NCBI GenBank assembly: GCA_963674735.2
Contig: CAXXQS010000001.1
Span: forward strand, 2,496,001-2,560,000
Origin: Myxococcota bacterium
GTDB lineage: Bacteria; Myxococcota_A; SURF-8
DNA length: 64,000 nt
Reading direction: 5' to 3'
Shown here: one piece after another, positions 20,033 to 29,479 of the stretch
Layout: each line of letters opens with the position of its first letter
Numbering within the stretch: the first letter of the stretch is position 1
The notes under the pieces: model-generated
Told to the model about the DNA's origin: nothing
What the model saw: only the letters and a program-made list of their open reading frames with translations
Database searches by the model: none
Program-made: the position numbers and the translations under genes

Positions 20033-21084
20033 AATGACAACCTCGCTTCGTAGCGGCTAAGAAGTTCCGCCAGGTCGTGAAACTCGGGAAGACCTTTCAA
20101 TGCCCAACGGACGTAACTCAAACTATCCGGAATATAACCGAGAAACGACGGATTGTGCTTCACGCGGTCAATGAAAACAAAGCGACCCGCGTCCTTCAGC
20201 TTGCGCTGAACCGTCTGCATTCGAAAACCCATTTTAAAGGCGTCACGGTCGACCGTAATCCCCTTGGCTATTTCCCAGCGGTCGAGGTAGGCATCCACGA
20301 GTTCGTCGACCAGATCCCCTTCAAGAGCGATATACGAGTCACGCAGGAGCGCCACCAAATCATAGGGCCATGGCCCTATCAGCGCATCCTGAAAATCGAT
20401 CAGAGATAAATCGCCCTTGTGAACCATAATGTTCCGACTTTGAAAATCCCGATGCACCAACCCGGTGGGCAACTCCACCAGGAGACGGCAGATACGATCG
20501 AAGTGGACCGTCATCAGTCGGCGATCATCATCCGGAACCGTGATATCATACAAGGCTTCGATACCATATTCAACGTAATGATCGAATTCCCACATCAGCA
20601 AGTCGTAATCGAAACGGCGTGAGAAAGCCAAGCAGTCGGCTTGAACCGATTCACCATGAGTTTGAAACTGCACCAATAAATCCAATGCACGCCGATACCA
20701 GTCCAGCCGGATATCACGACCGGCATCGTGTACCTTCGAAAACAGCTGCACGTCCCCCAAATCTTCGAGAAAAATCAACCCTCGCGATACCGAAGCATGA
20801 AAGATTTTAGGGACGGGGAGCCCTCCTCGATCGAGGAAACGCTGAACGTTGGTGAAGGGAAAATCGGCGGAATCATCACCATTTCCCGCCTCATCGGAAC
20901 GAAAAGCATCGCCGGGGTTGAATCGCATCAAGACCAGGGAGCGCAATTGCGGGTGATTCAGAATATGCAAACGGAAATATTCACGGCTGGACGCATCTCC
21001 GGCCATCTTCTCGATGGAGAAGTGAACACTCTGCTGTCGGGTGATCCGCTGCAGATAAGGTGTCACAGCCCTGCGCAACCGCAT
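20029..21084 (-). CDS. AmgK-like aminosugar kinase (APH/phosphotransferase family)
   Basis: GDASSREYFR, LEDLGD, HRDFQSRN, IDFQDA, YDLVALLRD; start probably near 21084 rather than 21378. Confidence 0.85.
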   Translation of the reverse strand: MRLRRAVTPYLQRITRQQSVHFSIEKMAGDASSREYFRLHILNHPQLRSLVLMRFNPGDAFRSDEAGNGDDSADFPFTNVQRFLDRGGLPVPKIFHASVSRGLIFLEDLGDVQLFSKVHDAGRDIRLDWYRRALDLLVQFQTHGESVQADCLAFSRRFDYDLLMWEFDHYVEYGIEALYDITVPDDDRRLMTVHFDRICRLLVELPTGLVHRDFQSRNIMVHKGDLSLIDFQDALIGPWPYDLVALLRDSYIALEGDLVDELVDAYLDRWEIAKGITVDRDAFKMGFRMQTVQRKLKDAGRFVFIDRVKHNPSFLGYIPDSLSYVRWALKGLPEFHDLAELLSRYEARLSL

Positions 21085-21232
21085 ATACGCATACCCACTC
21101 GAAATAAGCACGCAAACACGGGAAGCCGGCCTGCGACGCGGCCACGAACCCCGTCGCAGAACCCGGCTACCTATGTTCGTAAAAAAGTGATTTCCGTCGT
21201 CAACCGTTTTCGATAAACGGACCGACAACCAA

Positions 21233-21862
21233 TCAGAACGAAGGAGCATCCAAGCCGGTGGCATCCGCCGTGGCTTCCCAATCGTTGCAATCGATATCGC
21301 TGACGGTTTCGATGCCTTCCGTGTTCTCTTTGGCAATATCCTCGAAGCTCTGCACGTAATCCTCGAAGCCTTGTTCACATGCGGTCACGCAAGGGATTCC
21401 GCCTTCTTTGGCGCACCATTCGGCTGCGGAGGCCTGCCCGGCAACCTGGACGCACTCTACGCATTTGGCACAGAAGCGCAGACAAACGCTGTCTTCCGTC
21501 TGGCCGGTCGCCACCGTAAGACCGAATTCCTCACAGGTATAAGCTTCATCCGTAATCTGCATCTCGGCTGCTTCCTCGGCCGCAACGACATTCTCTTCGA
21601 TATTGACGCCCGGAATCAAACCCGAGCCCTGTTCGCATAATTCCTGGCAGGCACGCCCGGCCTCATCGATAATACAGGTGTAGTCCAGAAGATCCTGAAT
21701 GTAACCTTCACCCGTACCCTGGCAGGTTTCGCACTTGATGCAATAACGGCCACAAGGTGCGCCTTCATCGGCATCGATCAGATCCTCGACGCTGTCACAA
21801 GCCAGAACCATCGCCATCATCGCCACTAAAACCACCACCACAGTCCACATTTTCTTCGTCAT
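21233..21862 (-). CDS. Cys-rich acidic lipoprotein with an internal duplication
   Basis: Lipobox VLAC; SD AAGGAGG; two CxRxCxKCxxC...CxxxCEQG units. Confidence 0.7.
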   Translation of the reverse strand: MTKKMWTVVVVLVAMMAMVLACDSVEDLIDADEGAPCGRYCIKCETCQGTGEGYIQDLLDYTCIIDEAGRACQELCEQGSGLIPGVNIEENVVAAEEAAEMQITDEAYTCEEFGLTVATGQTEDSVCLRFCAKCVECVQVAGQASAAEWCAKEGGIPCVTACEQGFEDYVQSFEDIAKENTEGIETVSDIDCNDWEATADATGLDAPSF

Positions 21863-22052
21863 GAGTCGTCCTCCTTAATGAACGATTGTACTTTCCCCTC
21901 GTTTCGACCTTGTGCCCCATCACTCAGAGGTAGCGATATTCACCACCAAACAAAGTTAAGCAATGGGGATAATGCGAATGCACGATATTGTACGTTATGA
22001 TGAGCGGAAGGCACAAGAAAAAGTCCCCGTAGGCCCTCCGGCTGTTTGCGAC

Positions 22053-23246
22053 CTAAACCAGCTTAACCTGGGCAAAACGCCGCTTACCGCAGCGAATCAA
22101 CCCGTCAAAGCCCTTGGGTAGTTCCGTATCAACGCTATCGACGCGTTGCTCGTCGATTTTGACCGCCCCTTGCTTGACCATACGTCGACCATCGCCATTG
22201 GACTTGACAAAGCCCAAGTCGGTCAGCAGTTTTGGAAGCCAAATTCGATCGCCATCCAATTCAAGAGTCAGTTCCTCGGCGCGTTCCTCGGGCTTGCGAA
22301 AGGCTCGCTGCGCTTCTTCCAACGCGGCGGCCCCGGCATAGCGCGTAACCAATTCCTCGGCCAGCAAGATCTTGATTTCCATCGGATTGCGGCCACCTGC
22401 GACGTCCGCCTTAAAGCGTTCGATCTCATCGAGGGAGCGCTCGGAACACAGATCGTAGTACTTCCACATCAAATCATCCGAAATCGACATGGTTTTCCCA
22501 TAGATATCGGCGGGAGCCTCATCGATTCCGATGTAATTATCCAACGATTTCGACATCTTGTTGACGCCATCCAGCCCTTCGAGCAACGGAACGGTCATCA
22601 CCACCTGGGGTTCGTCCCCGTAAGCTTTCATGATATCGCGACCGACCAGCAGGTTGAAAATCTGGTCGTGGCCCCCCAATTCCACATCCGCTTTCAGCGC
22701 CACGGAGTCGTAGGCCTGCACCAGCGGATAAAGAAACTCGTGAATGGCGATGGAACGGCCATCACGAAAACGGGTGCGAAAATCGTCGCGTTCAAACATA
22801 CGAGCGACGTTGTACTGGGCGGCCAATTCGATCAAACCCACGGCGCTCATGGCGTTCATCCACTCACTATTGAAGCGGACTTCCGTCTTTTGCGGGTCGA
22901 GAATTTTGAACACTTGCTCGCGGTAGGTTTCGGCATTGCTCGCCACTTCCTCCGGAGTCATTTTCGGACGCGTAATTGATTTACCGGTGGGATCCCCGAT
23001 CAAGCCGGTAAAATCACCAATTAGGAAGATTACCTGATGCCCCAAATCCTGAAACTGGCGCATTTTATTTAGTAAAACCGTGTGGCCCAAATGCAGATCG
23101 GGGGCGGTGGGATCGAAACCGGCCTTGATGCGCAGAGGCCGATCCTCATCGATGGCGCGTTTGAGCTTGGTAACCAGTTCTTCTTCGACGTACAGATCCG
23201 ACACACCGCGTTTGAGTTCTTTGAGCTGTTCTTGCACGGAAACCAT
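22053..23246 (-). CDS. tyrS: Tyrosine--tRNA ligase
   Basis: [18 protein letters not shown] and a C-terminal S4 domain; start set at ATG 23246. Confidence 0.97.
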   Translation of the reverse strand: MVSVQEQLKELKRGVSDLYVEEELVTKLKRAIDEDRPLRIKAGFDPTAPDLHLGHTVLLNKMRQFQDLGHQVIFLIGDFTGLIGDPTGKSITRPKMTPEEVASNAETYREQVFKILDPQKTEVRFNSEWMNAMSAVGLIELAAQYNVARMFERDDFRTRFRDGRSIAIHEFLYPLVQAYDSVALKADVELGGHDQIFNLLVGRDIMKAYGDEPQVVMTVPLLEGLDGVNKMSKSLDNYIGIDEAPADIYGKTMSISDDLMWKYYDLCSERSLDEIERFKADVAGGRNPMEIKILLAEELVTRYAGAAALEEAQRAFRKPEERAEELTLELDGDRIWLPKLLTDLGFVKSNGDGRRMVKQGAVKIDEQRVDSVDTELPKGFDGLIRCGKRRFAQVKLV

Positions 23247-23247
23247 A

Positions 23248-24033
23248 TCAACCCTCCAATGGGATCGCAAGGCGTTTGATCGATTCGGCACGGCCGGAGG
23301 CGGCATCGACATCGAGAAGAACTCCACACAGCATGGCCCCCCGATTCGCCTGAACGAAAGCGGTGGGACGTCGGTCGAGAAACTGCTTGATAATCGCTTC
23401 TTTACGCATACCGATCACCGAATCGTAAGGACCGGTCATGCCGAGGTCGGTAATGGCAGCCAAGCCTTCCGGCAAAATCCGTTCATCGGCGGTTTGAATA
23501 TGGGTATGTGTCCCGGCCATCAGGCTGGCGCGTCCATCCAGATACCACGCCATCGCCACTTTTTCGCTGGTGGCTTCGGCATGCAGATCCACCAGACGAA
23601 TCTTGATGCTCGGATCGAGTTGATCGAGCAATGCATCCACTTTCTGGAAGGGGCAATCCACCGGAGGCATGAACATGCGTCCGATCAAGTTGATCACGGC
23701 CACCGGCGTTCCATTGGCGGTTTCAACAACCGTTATCCCCCGTCCCGGACAAGGCTCGGGGAAGTTGGCGGGACGCAGAATACGCTTGTCGTCGTCGATG
23801 AAATCGTAGATTTCCTTGTTATGCCAAACATGGTTACCGGTGGTGACGACATGCACCCCCGCGTCCCAAATCACTTTCAAATGCTTGGATGACAGGCCGC
23901 GCCCGCCGCAAAGATTCTCGGCATTGGCCACAACCAGATCCACATCATGCTCGCGGATCAGCCGGGGGACGATCTGCTGGACCGTCCGGCGCCCGGCCTT
24001 ACCGAAAACATCTCCCACCACCAGAATTCGCAT
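23248..24033 (-). CDS. ymdB: YmdB-family metallophosphoesterase (TIGR00282 type)
   Basis: [39 protein letters not shown]. Confidence 0.93.
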   Translation of the reverse strand: MRILVVGDVFGKAGRRTVQQIVPRLIREHDVDLVVANAENLCGGRGLSSKHLKVIWDAGVHVVTTGNHVWHNKEIYDFIDDDKRILRPANFPEPCPGRGITVVETANGTPVAVINLIGRMFMPPVDCPFQKVDALLDQLDPSIKIRLVDLHAEATSEKVAMAWYLDGRASLMAGTHTHIQTADERILPEGLAAITDLGMTGPYDSVIGMRKEAIIKQFLDRRPTAFVQANRGAMLCGVLLDVDAASGRAESIKRLAIPLEG

Positions 24034-24076
24034 ATCGCCTCCCGATCTTCCGTGCACCGGCCGAAGCCTCGTGCCG

Positions 24077-25639
24077 CTAGTTGGCGATACCCGTCGCCCG
24101 TGTTTCACGGATGACCGTCACCCGGATCTGACCGGGGTAGGTCAAATCGGTTTCGATTTTCTTGGCGATGTCCTTAGCCAACATCACCGCGTTGTCATCG
24201 GTGATTTTATTCGATTCGACCATCACACGCACTTCACGACCGGCCTGGATGGCAAACGATTTCTCCACGCCTTTGAAAGATGTGGCGATCCCTTCGAGAT
24301 CCTGTAATCTTTTGACGTAGGATTCCAGAATTTCCCGACGAGCACCAGGACGTGCTCCCGAAAGAGCATCGGCGGCTTGCACGAGTACCGAAAGGACGGT
24401 ATTGGGCTCTTCATCTTCGTGGTGAGCCGTGATGGCATGCACGATTTCATCGGATTCACCGAATTTTTTGGCAAGATTACCACCGATTACCGCATGGGAA
24501 CCTTCCACTTCGTGGGTAACCGCTTTCCCGATATCGTGCAATAAACCGGCACGACGGGCTTGCTTGATCGGCAATCCCAGCTCGCTGGCCATTACCCCGC
24601 AGATGAAACCGACTTCGATCGAGTGAGACCAGACATTCTGGCCGTAACTCGTACGATAGCGCAAGCGTCCAAGGAGCTTGATGATTTCCTGGTGAATGCC
24701 GTGCAAACCGAGATCGAAACTGGCTTGCTGACCGAATTCCTTGATCTGCCCATCCAATTCCTGCTCGCACTTCTCAACGACTTCTTCAATGCGAGCGGGA
24801 TGAATGCGCCCATCGGCAATCAGTTGTTCCAACGCCATCTTGGCCACTTCGCGACGCATGGGATTGAACCCGGAAAGGACTACCGCCTCGGGAGTATCGT
24901 CGATAATCAGATCGATACCGGTCGCGGCTTCCAAAGCCCGAATATTGCGGCCTTCACGGCCGATGATGCGGCCCTTCATATCATCGTTAGGCAAGCCGAC
25001 CACCGAAACGGTCCGTTCGGTGACATACTCACCGGCGTAGCGCTGAATCGCCAACGAAATGATGTTTTTCGCCTTGGCTTCGGCGTGTTCCTGCGCCTCT
25101 TCTTCGAGTTGCTTGATAAGTCTGGCGGCGTCGTGTTTGGCCTCGTCCACCATCGCATCCATCAACTGGCGCTTGGCCTCGTCGCCGGAAAGTCCGGCCA
25201 CTCGTTCGAGAACCTGGCGTTGCTCGCCGATCATTTCGTCAAGTTTGGTGCTCTTGGTTTCGAGAGCTTTCCGATCACCTTCGAGTCTTCTATCAAGCTT
25301 ACGAAGATCTTCCTCTTTGTCGTCGAGGTAATTGGTCTTCTTGCTGATATTTTCTTCTTTCTGGAACAGATGCTTTTCCAGCTTGGAAAGCTCGACTTTG
25401 CGGGCCTTGATTTCGTCGTCCGCTTCCTGTTTGGCTTGAATCCGGACCTCTTTCGCTTTCAGCTCGGCATCTTTCAACTGACGCTCGGCCGTCCGTTGCG
25501 CTTCCAGACGAATCCGCTCGGCTTCTTCACGGGCATTGCCCAGCCGGTTATTTTGGATCATCCGAAAAACGAACACCCCGATGACAGCTCCGATGGCCGC
25601 CGCGATAAAAGCGATCACCATTCCACTGATCGCATCCAC
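24077..25639 (-). CDS. rny: Ribonuclease Y
   Basis: N-terminal TM helix, coiled coil, KH domain ([13 protein letters not shown]) and HD domain (LLHDIGK). Confidence 0.97.
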   Translation of the reverse strand: MDAISGMVIAFIAAAIGAVIGVFVFRMIQNNRLGNAREEAERIRLEAQRTAERQLKDAELKAKEVRIQAKQEADDEIKARKVELSKLEKHLFQKEENISKKTNYLDDKEEDLRKLDRRLEGDRKALETKSTKLDEMIGEQRQVLERVAGLSGDEAKRQLMDAMVDEAKHDAARLIKQLEEEAQEHAEAKAKNIISLAIQRYAGEYVTERTVSVVGLPNDDMKGRIIGREGRNIRALEAATGIDLIIDDTPEAVVLSGFNPMRREVAKMALEQLIADGRIHPARIEEVVEKCEQELDGQIKEFGQQASFDLGLHGIHQEIIKLLGRLRYRTSYGQNVWSHSIEVGFICGVMASELGLPIKQARRAGLLHDIGKAVTHEVEGSHAVIGGNLAKKFGESDEIVHAITAHHEDEEPNTVLSVLVQAADALSGARPGARREILESYVKRLQDLEGIATSFKGVEKSFAIQAGREVRVMVESNKITDDNAVMLAKDIAKKIETDLTYPGQIRVTVIRETRATGIAN

Positions 25640-25730
25640 GTTGATCTCCTTTGCTTTTAGGGTTAACCCGGCGACCTAAGAGAAGGGCGCGCGGGGGAAT
25701 TTCCCACTATATCCGACAAGTTGTAGAGGA

Positions 25731-25908
25731 TTGGACAGACAGGTACGGCCAGGGGACGCCGCCTCAACGGAAAGAGCAGGCGCTTTATGGAACCGCCCAC
25801 ACGTTTACGAGTGGCGGGTCGTGCATCTATTGACCATCCGGCGAAATCAGCCGCCGTGAAAACAGGTCTTCATCGAACTTCACGACCGTACAAGGTCTCT
25901 ATGTCCAA
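25731..25908 (-). ncRNA. ssrS: 6S RNA (probable)
   Basis: About 178-nt rod; on the minus strand the ends TTGGACA/TGTCCAA and GTACGGTC/GGCCGTAC pair, with an apical CCGCCAC/GTGGGCGG hairpin; canonical position directly downstream of zapA. Confidence 0.75.
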
Positions 25909-25924
25909 ACCGCCATTCGGCGAA

Positions 25925-26248
25925 TTACGTCATATCGCCTGGTGTGTCTGGCAGTTTCTCTAGGATGTGATCCAATTCCTGCAAGGTGTCATCCACCGTT
26001 TGCTGCATTTTCTCCCGTTCGGAGCGCCAAGCACTCTTCACTTTGAAATACTCATCGACCACATCCAGCGCTGCCAGCAACAACGCTTGTTGGGGCGAGC
26101 GATTCGCCCGTCCACCTTTGACAAAGGCGATCTTGTCATTCAGGTAATCTGCAATACGCGCCATATACTCGGCATCATAGTGGGACGCGATCCGGTATGT
26201 TTGGCCCGCAATATCGAGTTCCACCGGTTGCCTGCGCTTCGTCGTCAC
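25925..26248 (-). CDS. zapA: Cell division protein ZapA
   Basis: V.LDIAGQTY.I, IADYLNDKI, LLAALDVVDEYF and a coiled-coil tail; context upstream of 6S/rny. Confidence 0.88.
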   Translation of the reverse strand: MTTKRRQPVELDIAGQTYRIASHYDAEYMARIADYLNDKIAFVKGGRANRSPQQALLLAALDVVDEYFKVKSAWRSEREKMQQTVDDTLQELDHILEKLPDTPGDMT

Positions 26249-26301
26249 GTTATCTAGTCCTAATCTCTCCTAAAAATGCTTTATTTTCCAATAACTTGGA
26301 G

Positions 26302-26330
26302 ATTATGGAATCGCCGGGGATAAAAGTCAA
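26302..26330 (-). promoter_or_regulatory. Sigma70 promoter of the zapA operon
   Basis: Minus strand TTGACT-17 nt-CATAAT. Confidence 0.7.
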
Positions 26331-26414
26331 GGATTTTTGAAGGATGCAAGGGGTTTTCACTTAGGTATTTCAAGCAGCGCTTCAGCATTTCAGTAAAAAA
26401 GCAAACCAACCGGT

Positions 26415-27185
26415 TTAGCCAGGCAGGGTATCCGCCACCCAGTTCACGATGGTGTCAATAGCGGTTTGGCGATGAATCGTGTCGGAAAAGCGGTGATCGG
26501 CACCTTCCACCCATTTTACGGTCGTCGGACCGGGGTGGGCGGTCTCCAGTTCGGAAATCTGACGGTAATCGATCAATTCATCATGAGTTCCATGCACATA
26601 GAGGACTGGGCCATGAAAGCGTGCTATCGCCTTCGGGATATCATACTGACGACCATCCTCGACGATATCGAAGGCCACTTTACGGCCTTGGAATTTGTAA
26701 TACCCCTGGGAACGCCACATTTCGCGCTGCTCGTCGCGCATGGCACGCCAAATCATGCCGGTACGCACGATGGAAGCCATCAAGGCCAAACCGATGATAT
26801 CCGAGCGGCCCGCCTCGGCATAGCGCGCCGCCATCAGCATCGAAATACCGGCTCCCATACTGGAACCGCAAAGAAGAAAACGCACCGCACCTTGCCGCTT
26901 CAACAGATCCATGGCGCAACTCAGATCATCGAGGCCATTGGAGTAGGTAATCAGTTCCTCATGACCTTCCGACTCTCCCTGGCCCGAGTAATCGAACCGA
27001 AAGGTCGGGATACCTCGTTCGACCAACCGTTCGGACAGCCGGATGTGTTTGCGACTGGCTTTGTTGGAAAGCATACCGTGGTTCAGGATCGCATAAAACG
27101 GCGCATGCGGTCCTTTGGGAATCTGCAAAGCGCCTGATAGTTGCAAACCTCTTGAATTCTTGAACGATAACGCCGTTTCGTGCAT
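26415..27185 (-). CDS. Alpha/beta hydrolase
   Basis: HG oxyanion motif, RFDYSGQGES, GSSMG nucleophile elbow, HGTHD, GADH. Confidence 0.9.
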   Translation of the reverse strand: MHETALSFKNSRGLQLSGALQIPKGPHAPFYAILNHGMLSNKASRKHIRLSERLVERGIPTFRFDYSGQGESEGHEELITYSNGLDDLSCAMDLLKRQGAVRFLLCGSSMGAGISMLMAARYAEAGRSDIIGLALMASIVRTGMIWRAMRDEQREMWRSQGYYKFQGRKVAFDIVEDGRQYDIPKAIARFHGPVLYVHGTHDELIDYRQISELETAHPGPTTVKWVEGADHRFSDTIHRQTAIDTIVNWVADTLPG

Positions 27186-27225
27186 GAGAAGCACCCTCGA
27201 TAATCAAGCCACCTGGTTCAGACTG

Positions 27226-28677
27226 TCAATTCGAAATCAACCCGATGCGGTCCAGGCCCGCCGTGTGCCCGGCGGTCTGCGTCCCAACCACCTCAACGGT
27301 CAGCGTGTGAGCACCGGCCTTCAGGCAAATCGGTTGAAATGACTGCGTTTTTTTGCAGACGGCATAAGGAGGCGCGCAAATGCGATCCAGGTTAACCTCG
27401 GTTTTGCCGAAGTCATAGGACAGCGGATCGGCCAGATCGTCCACATACACCTCAACCAAGCCCCAACCATCCGCTCCGGCAGCGAAATCGAGGTTGAACG
27501 CATAGTCCCAATCGGCCGCGATCGTAAAAGCAGCGACGATTTTCTCGCCGATGCCTTCCGCATCCAGGTGCACATAACTATCACCACTCAAGGTGGACCC
27601 TTCGGTGAGAGTGGCAATCGACGCATTGGCCGAGCTTTGCGCAGACAGGAAAACGCCGGCCGTCTCGGCCTCGAAGGTTCGGAAAAGATTCGGATCTTCC
27701 GTCCCACAGGGGATCTCTTCTTCGGCTTCCGCCTCAGTGACGTCGATATCCCCATCCGTCTCGTCTATATCGCCGTCGCTGTCTCCATCCGCATCGTCTC
27801 CATCCGCATCGCCATCCGGGCTTTCTTCTTCGACTTCCGCATCACCATCAACCCCTTCGAGATCACCATCGCCGTCTCCGTCTGCCTCGTCCACGTCACC
27901 ATCGGAATCGTCATCTTGCGGGCCGATGTCGGTTCCTCCGATACTGAGTAGAACTTGCGGATCATTCGAGTCCGAGTCACATCCGATAGAGAAATCCAAT
28001 CGATTGCCAAGCGACAAATCGGCGGAAAACAGGAAATCTCGCTGAACTTCCTTGGTTTCACTGATCTTTTCAGTCAGACGGACCAACAGTTGCGGAGTCT
28101 GGTTGGTGGGATCGGCCCAATAAAACACTTCACGACCCACCCGCAGAATATCGGCGGTGAGAAGCCGCGAAAGGATAGGCTGGCTGGTCTCGGCGTCTAT
28201 GCGCGTGGCATCGAACACCTCCATTCCAGTGTAAAGGCGGCAAGGTTCCCCCGAAGTGAACACCAAAGTGGTGGGAATCTTATCGAGCAAGAGCACCGGT
28301 TTGGACGATGCTTCATCACAAACAGCCGTAAAGGCCAAGCTTTCTCCCAGCGATTTCGACAGGTTCACGCTATAGGGAAATTGCTTCAACTCACCCCCGA
28401 CCTGACGGGCAAGCTGGATCTCCGTCACAAACTCACCTTCCGGCATCCCCACCCAGTGCTGCACCACATTCTCACCTTCGAAAGTGGCGGCAAAAGATTT
28501 ATCATAGGGTTTTCCCGCTAAAACCACATACCCGGTCACATCCGGGCAAGAGGCGTCACGCGTGAAGGTTACGGTCATGTCAATATCGCCGGGATCGACA
28601 TCGTAGGAGAGCACACAGGCGGTCACGATGGCCATCACACAAACCAAAACACCGGCAAGGCAAAGATTTCGCAACAT
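27226..28677 (-). CDS. Lipoprotein with an acidic DGD linker and a C-terminal carbohydrate-binding-like jelly-roll domain
   Basis: Start ATG 28677 after SD AAGGAGG; lipobox VTAC; DGDxD repeats; FEAE...L.AGAHTL.V...GLDRI pattern typical of CBM6/35-like modules. Confidence 0.65.
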   Translation of the reverse strand: MLRNLCLAGVLVCVMAIVTACVLSYDVDPGDIDMTVTFTRDASCPDVTGYVVLAGKPYDKSFAATFEGENVVQHWVGMPEGEFVTEIQLARQVGGELKQFPYSVNLSKSLGESLAFTAVCDEASSKPVLLLDKIPTTLVFTSGEPCRLYTGMEVFDATRIDAETSQPILSRLLTADILRVGREVFYWADPTNQTPQLLVRLTEKISETKEVQRDFLFSADLSLGNRLDFSIGCDSDSNDPQVLLSIGGTDIGPQDDDSDGDVDEADGDGDGDLEGVDGDAEVEEESPDGDADGDDADGDSDGDIDETDGDIDVTEAEAEEEIPCGTEDPNLFRTFEAETAGVFLSAQSSANASIATLTEGSTLSGDSYVHLDAEGIGEKIVAAFTIAADWDYAFNLDFAAGADGWGLVEVYVDDLADPLSYDFGKTEVNLDRICAPPYAVCKKTQSFQPICLKAGAHTLTVEVVGTQTAGHTAGLDRIGLISN

Positions 28678-28687
28678 GATCGCCTCC

Positions 28688-29299
28688 TTAATACCGGACC
28701 ATAACCGACGCCCCAACGGGATACGCCGCCGGTGCAGGCATAATGGTAAAACGATCGAGAGGCTTTTCGCCGATATCCAGACCGTCGAGAATAAACAAGA
28801 CCACCGATCCGGCCAAAACCGCGCCGCCGGAGATCCACATCGCGGTAGCCAAGGTGGCCATCTGGTCGGCGTCGTCGCGCAGGCTTTTGTCGATAAACGC
28901 CTCCTCGGCATATTTTTTGTTGTAATCGTCCCGTTTTTGCCCGGCCATCACGCCGAATGCGACGCCCGTTCCGGCCAAGCCGGTCCCGACCCCCAGCAAC
29001 ACCCACTTGCTGATCTCATAGCCGAGATTTTCGTTGTCGGCTGCTTTCGCCACGTTTTGAGCCGGTGCTTTTTCATCGGCGTCCGACTGAGCCAGCCGAA
29101 CTCCGACCGGTGAAACCGCAATCGGGTCTGCCTGTGAAGGCATATTTCGCGAGTCCTCAGACGTTACCGTAAGATCGACGGCTTTAGCTTCCGAAGCCGG
29201 GGGAACCACCGGATCGGCAGGCGAAGCGGCGGGCGGCTCCGCCCATAAGAGAGACGGCCACAGGCCGACCAACAGACTCCACAATATCCATCGTCGCAT
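28688..29299 (-). CDS. Secreted/envelope hypothetical protein with two hydrophobic Gly/Ala-rich segments
   Basis: Signal peptide, Pro/Ala linker, two hydrophobic segments and C-terminus GASVMVRY. Confidence 0.65.
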   Translation of the reverse strand: MRRWILWSLLVGLWPSLLWAEPPAASPADPVVPPASEAKAVDLTVTSEDSRNMPSQADPIAVSPVGVRLAQSDADEKAPAQNVAKAADNENLGYEISKWVLLGVGTGLAGTGVAFGVMAGQKRDDYNKKYAEEAFIDKSLRDDADQMATLATAMWISGGAVLAGSVVLFILDGLDIGEKPLDRFTIMPAPAAYPVGASVMVRY

Positions 29300-29421
29300 T
29301 TTCTTGTCTCCCCGATTGAAATCAGCGTCAATAAGTTAGCGGCAGGAGCGCCCGCTTGTCAAGCAAGGCCTCACAAAGCTCTCGACTTTTATCCCCGTTG
29401 GTGCGGCACGGGATAAAAGAT

Positions 29422-29450
29422 TTGGCGGAAACAACGGTCCTTAGTACAAT
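29422..29450 (+). promoter_or_regulatory. Possible sigma70 promoter
   Basis: TTGGCG-17 nt-TACAAT upstream of SD AGGAG and ATG 29480. Confidence 0.5.
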
Positions 29451-29479
29451 GCCGCTTATTCCAGCCTAGGAGTTACGGA

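Noticed and set aside
21233-21862. CxxC motifs considered as heme c or ferredoxin sites
   Set aside because: No CxxCH, and the protein is an exported lipoprotein, so disulfides are more likely
24560-25660. 366-aa + strand ORF
   Set aside because: Antisense shadow of rny
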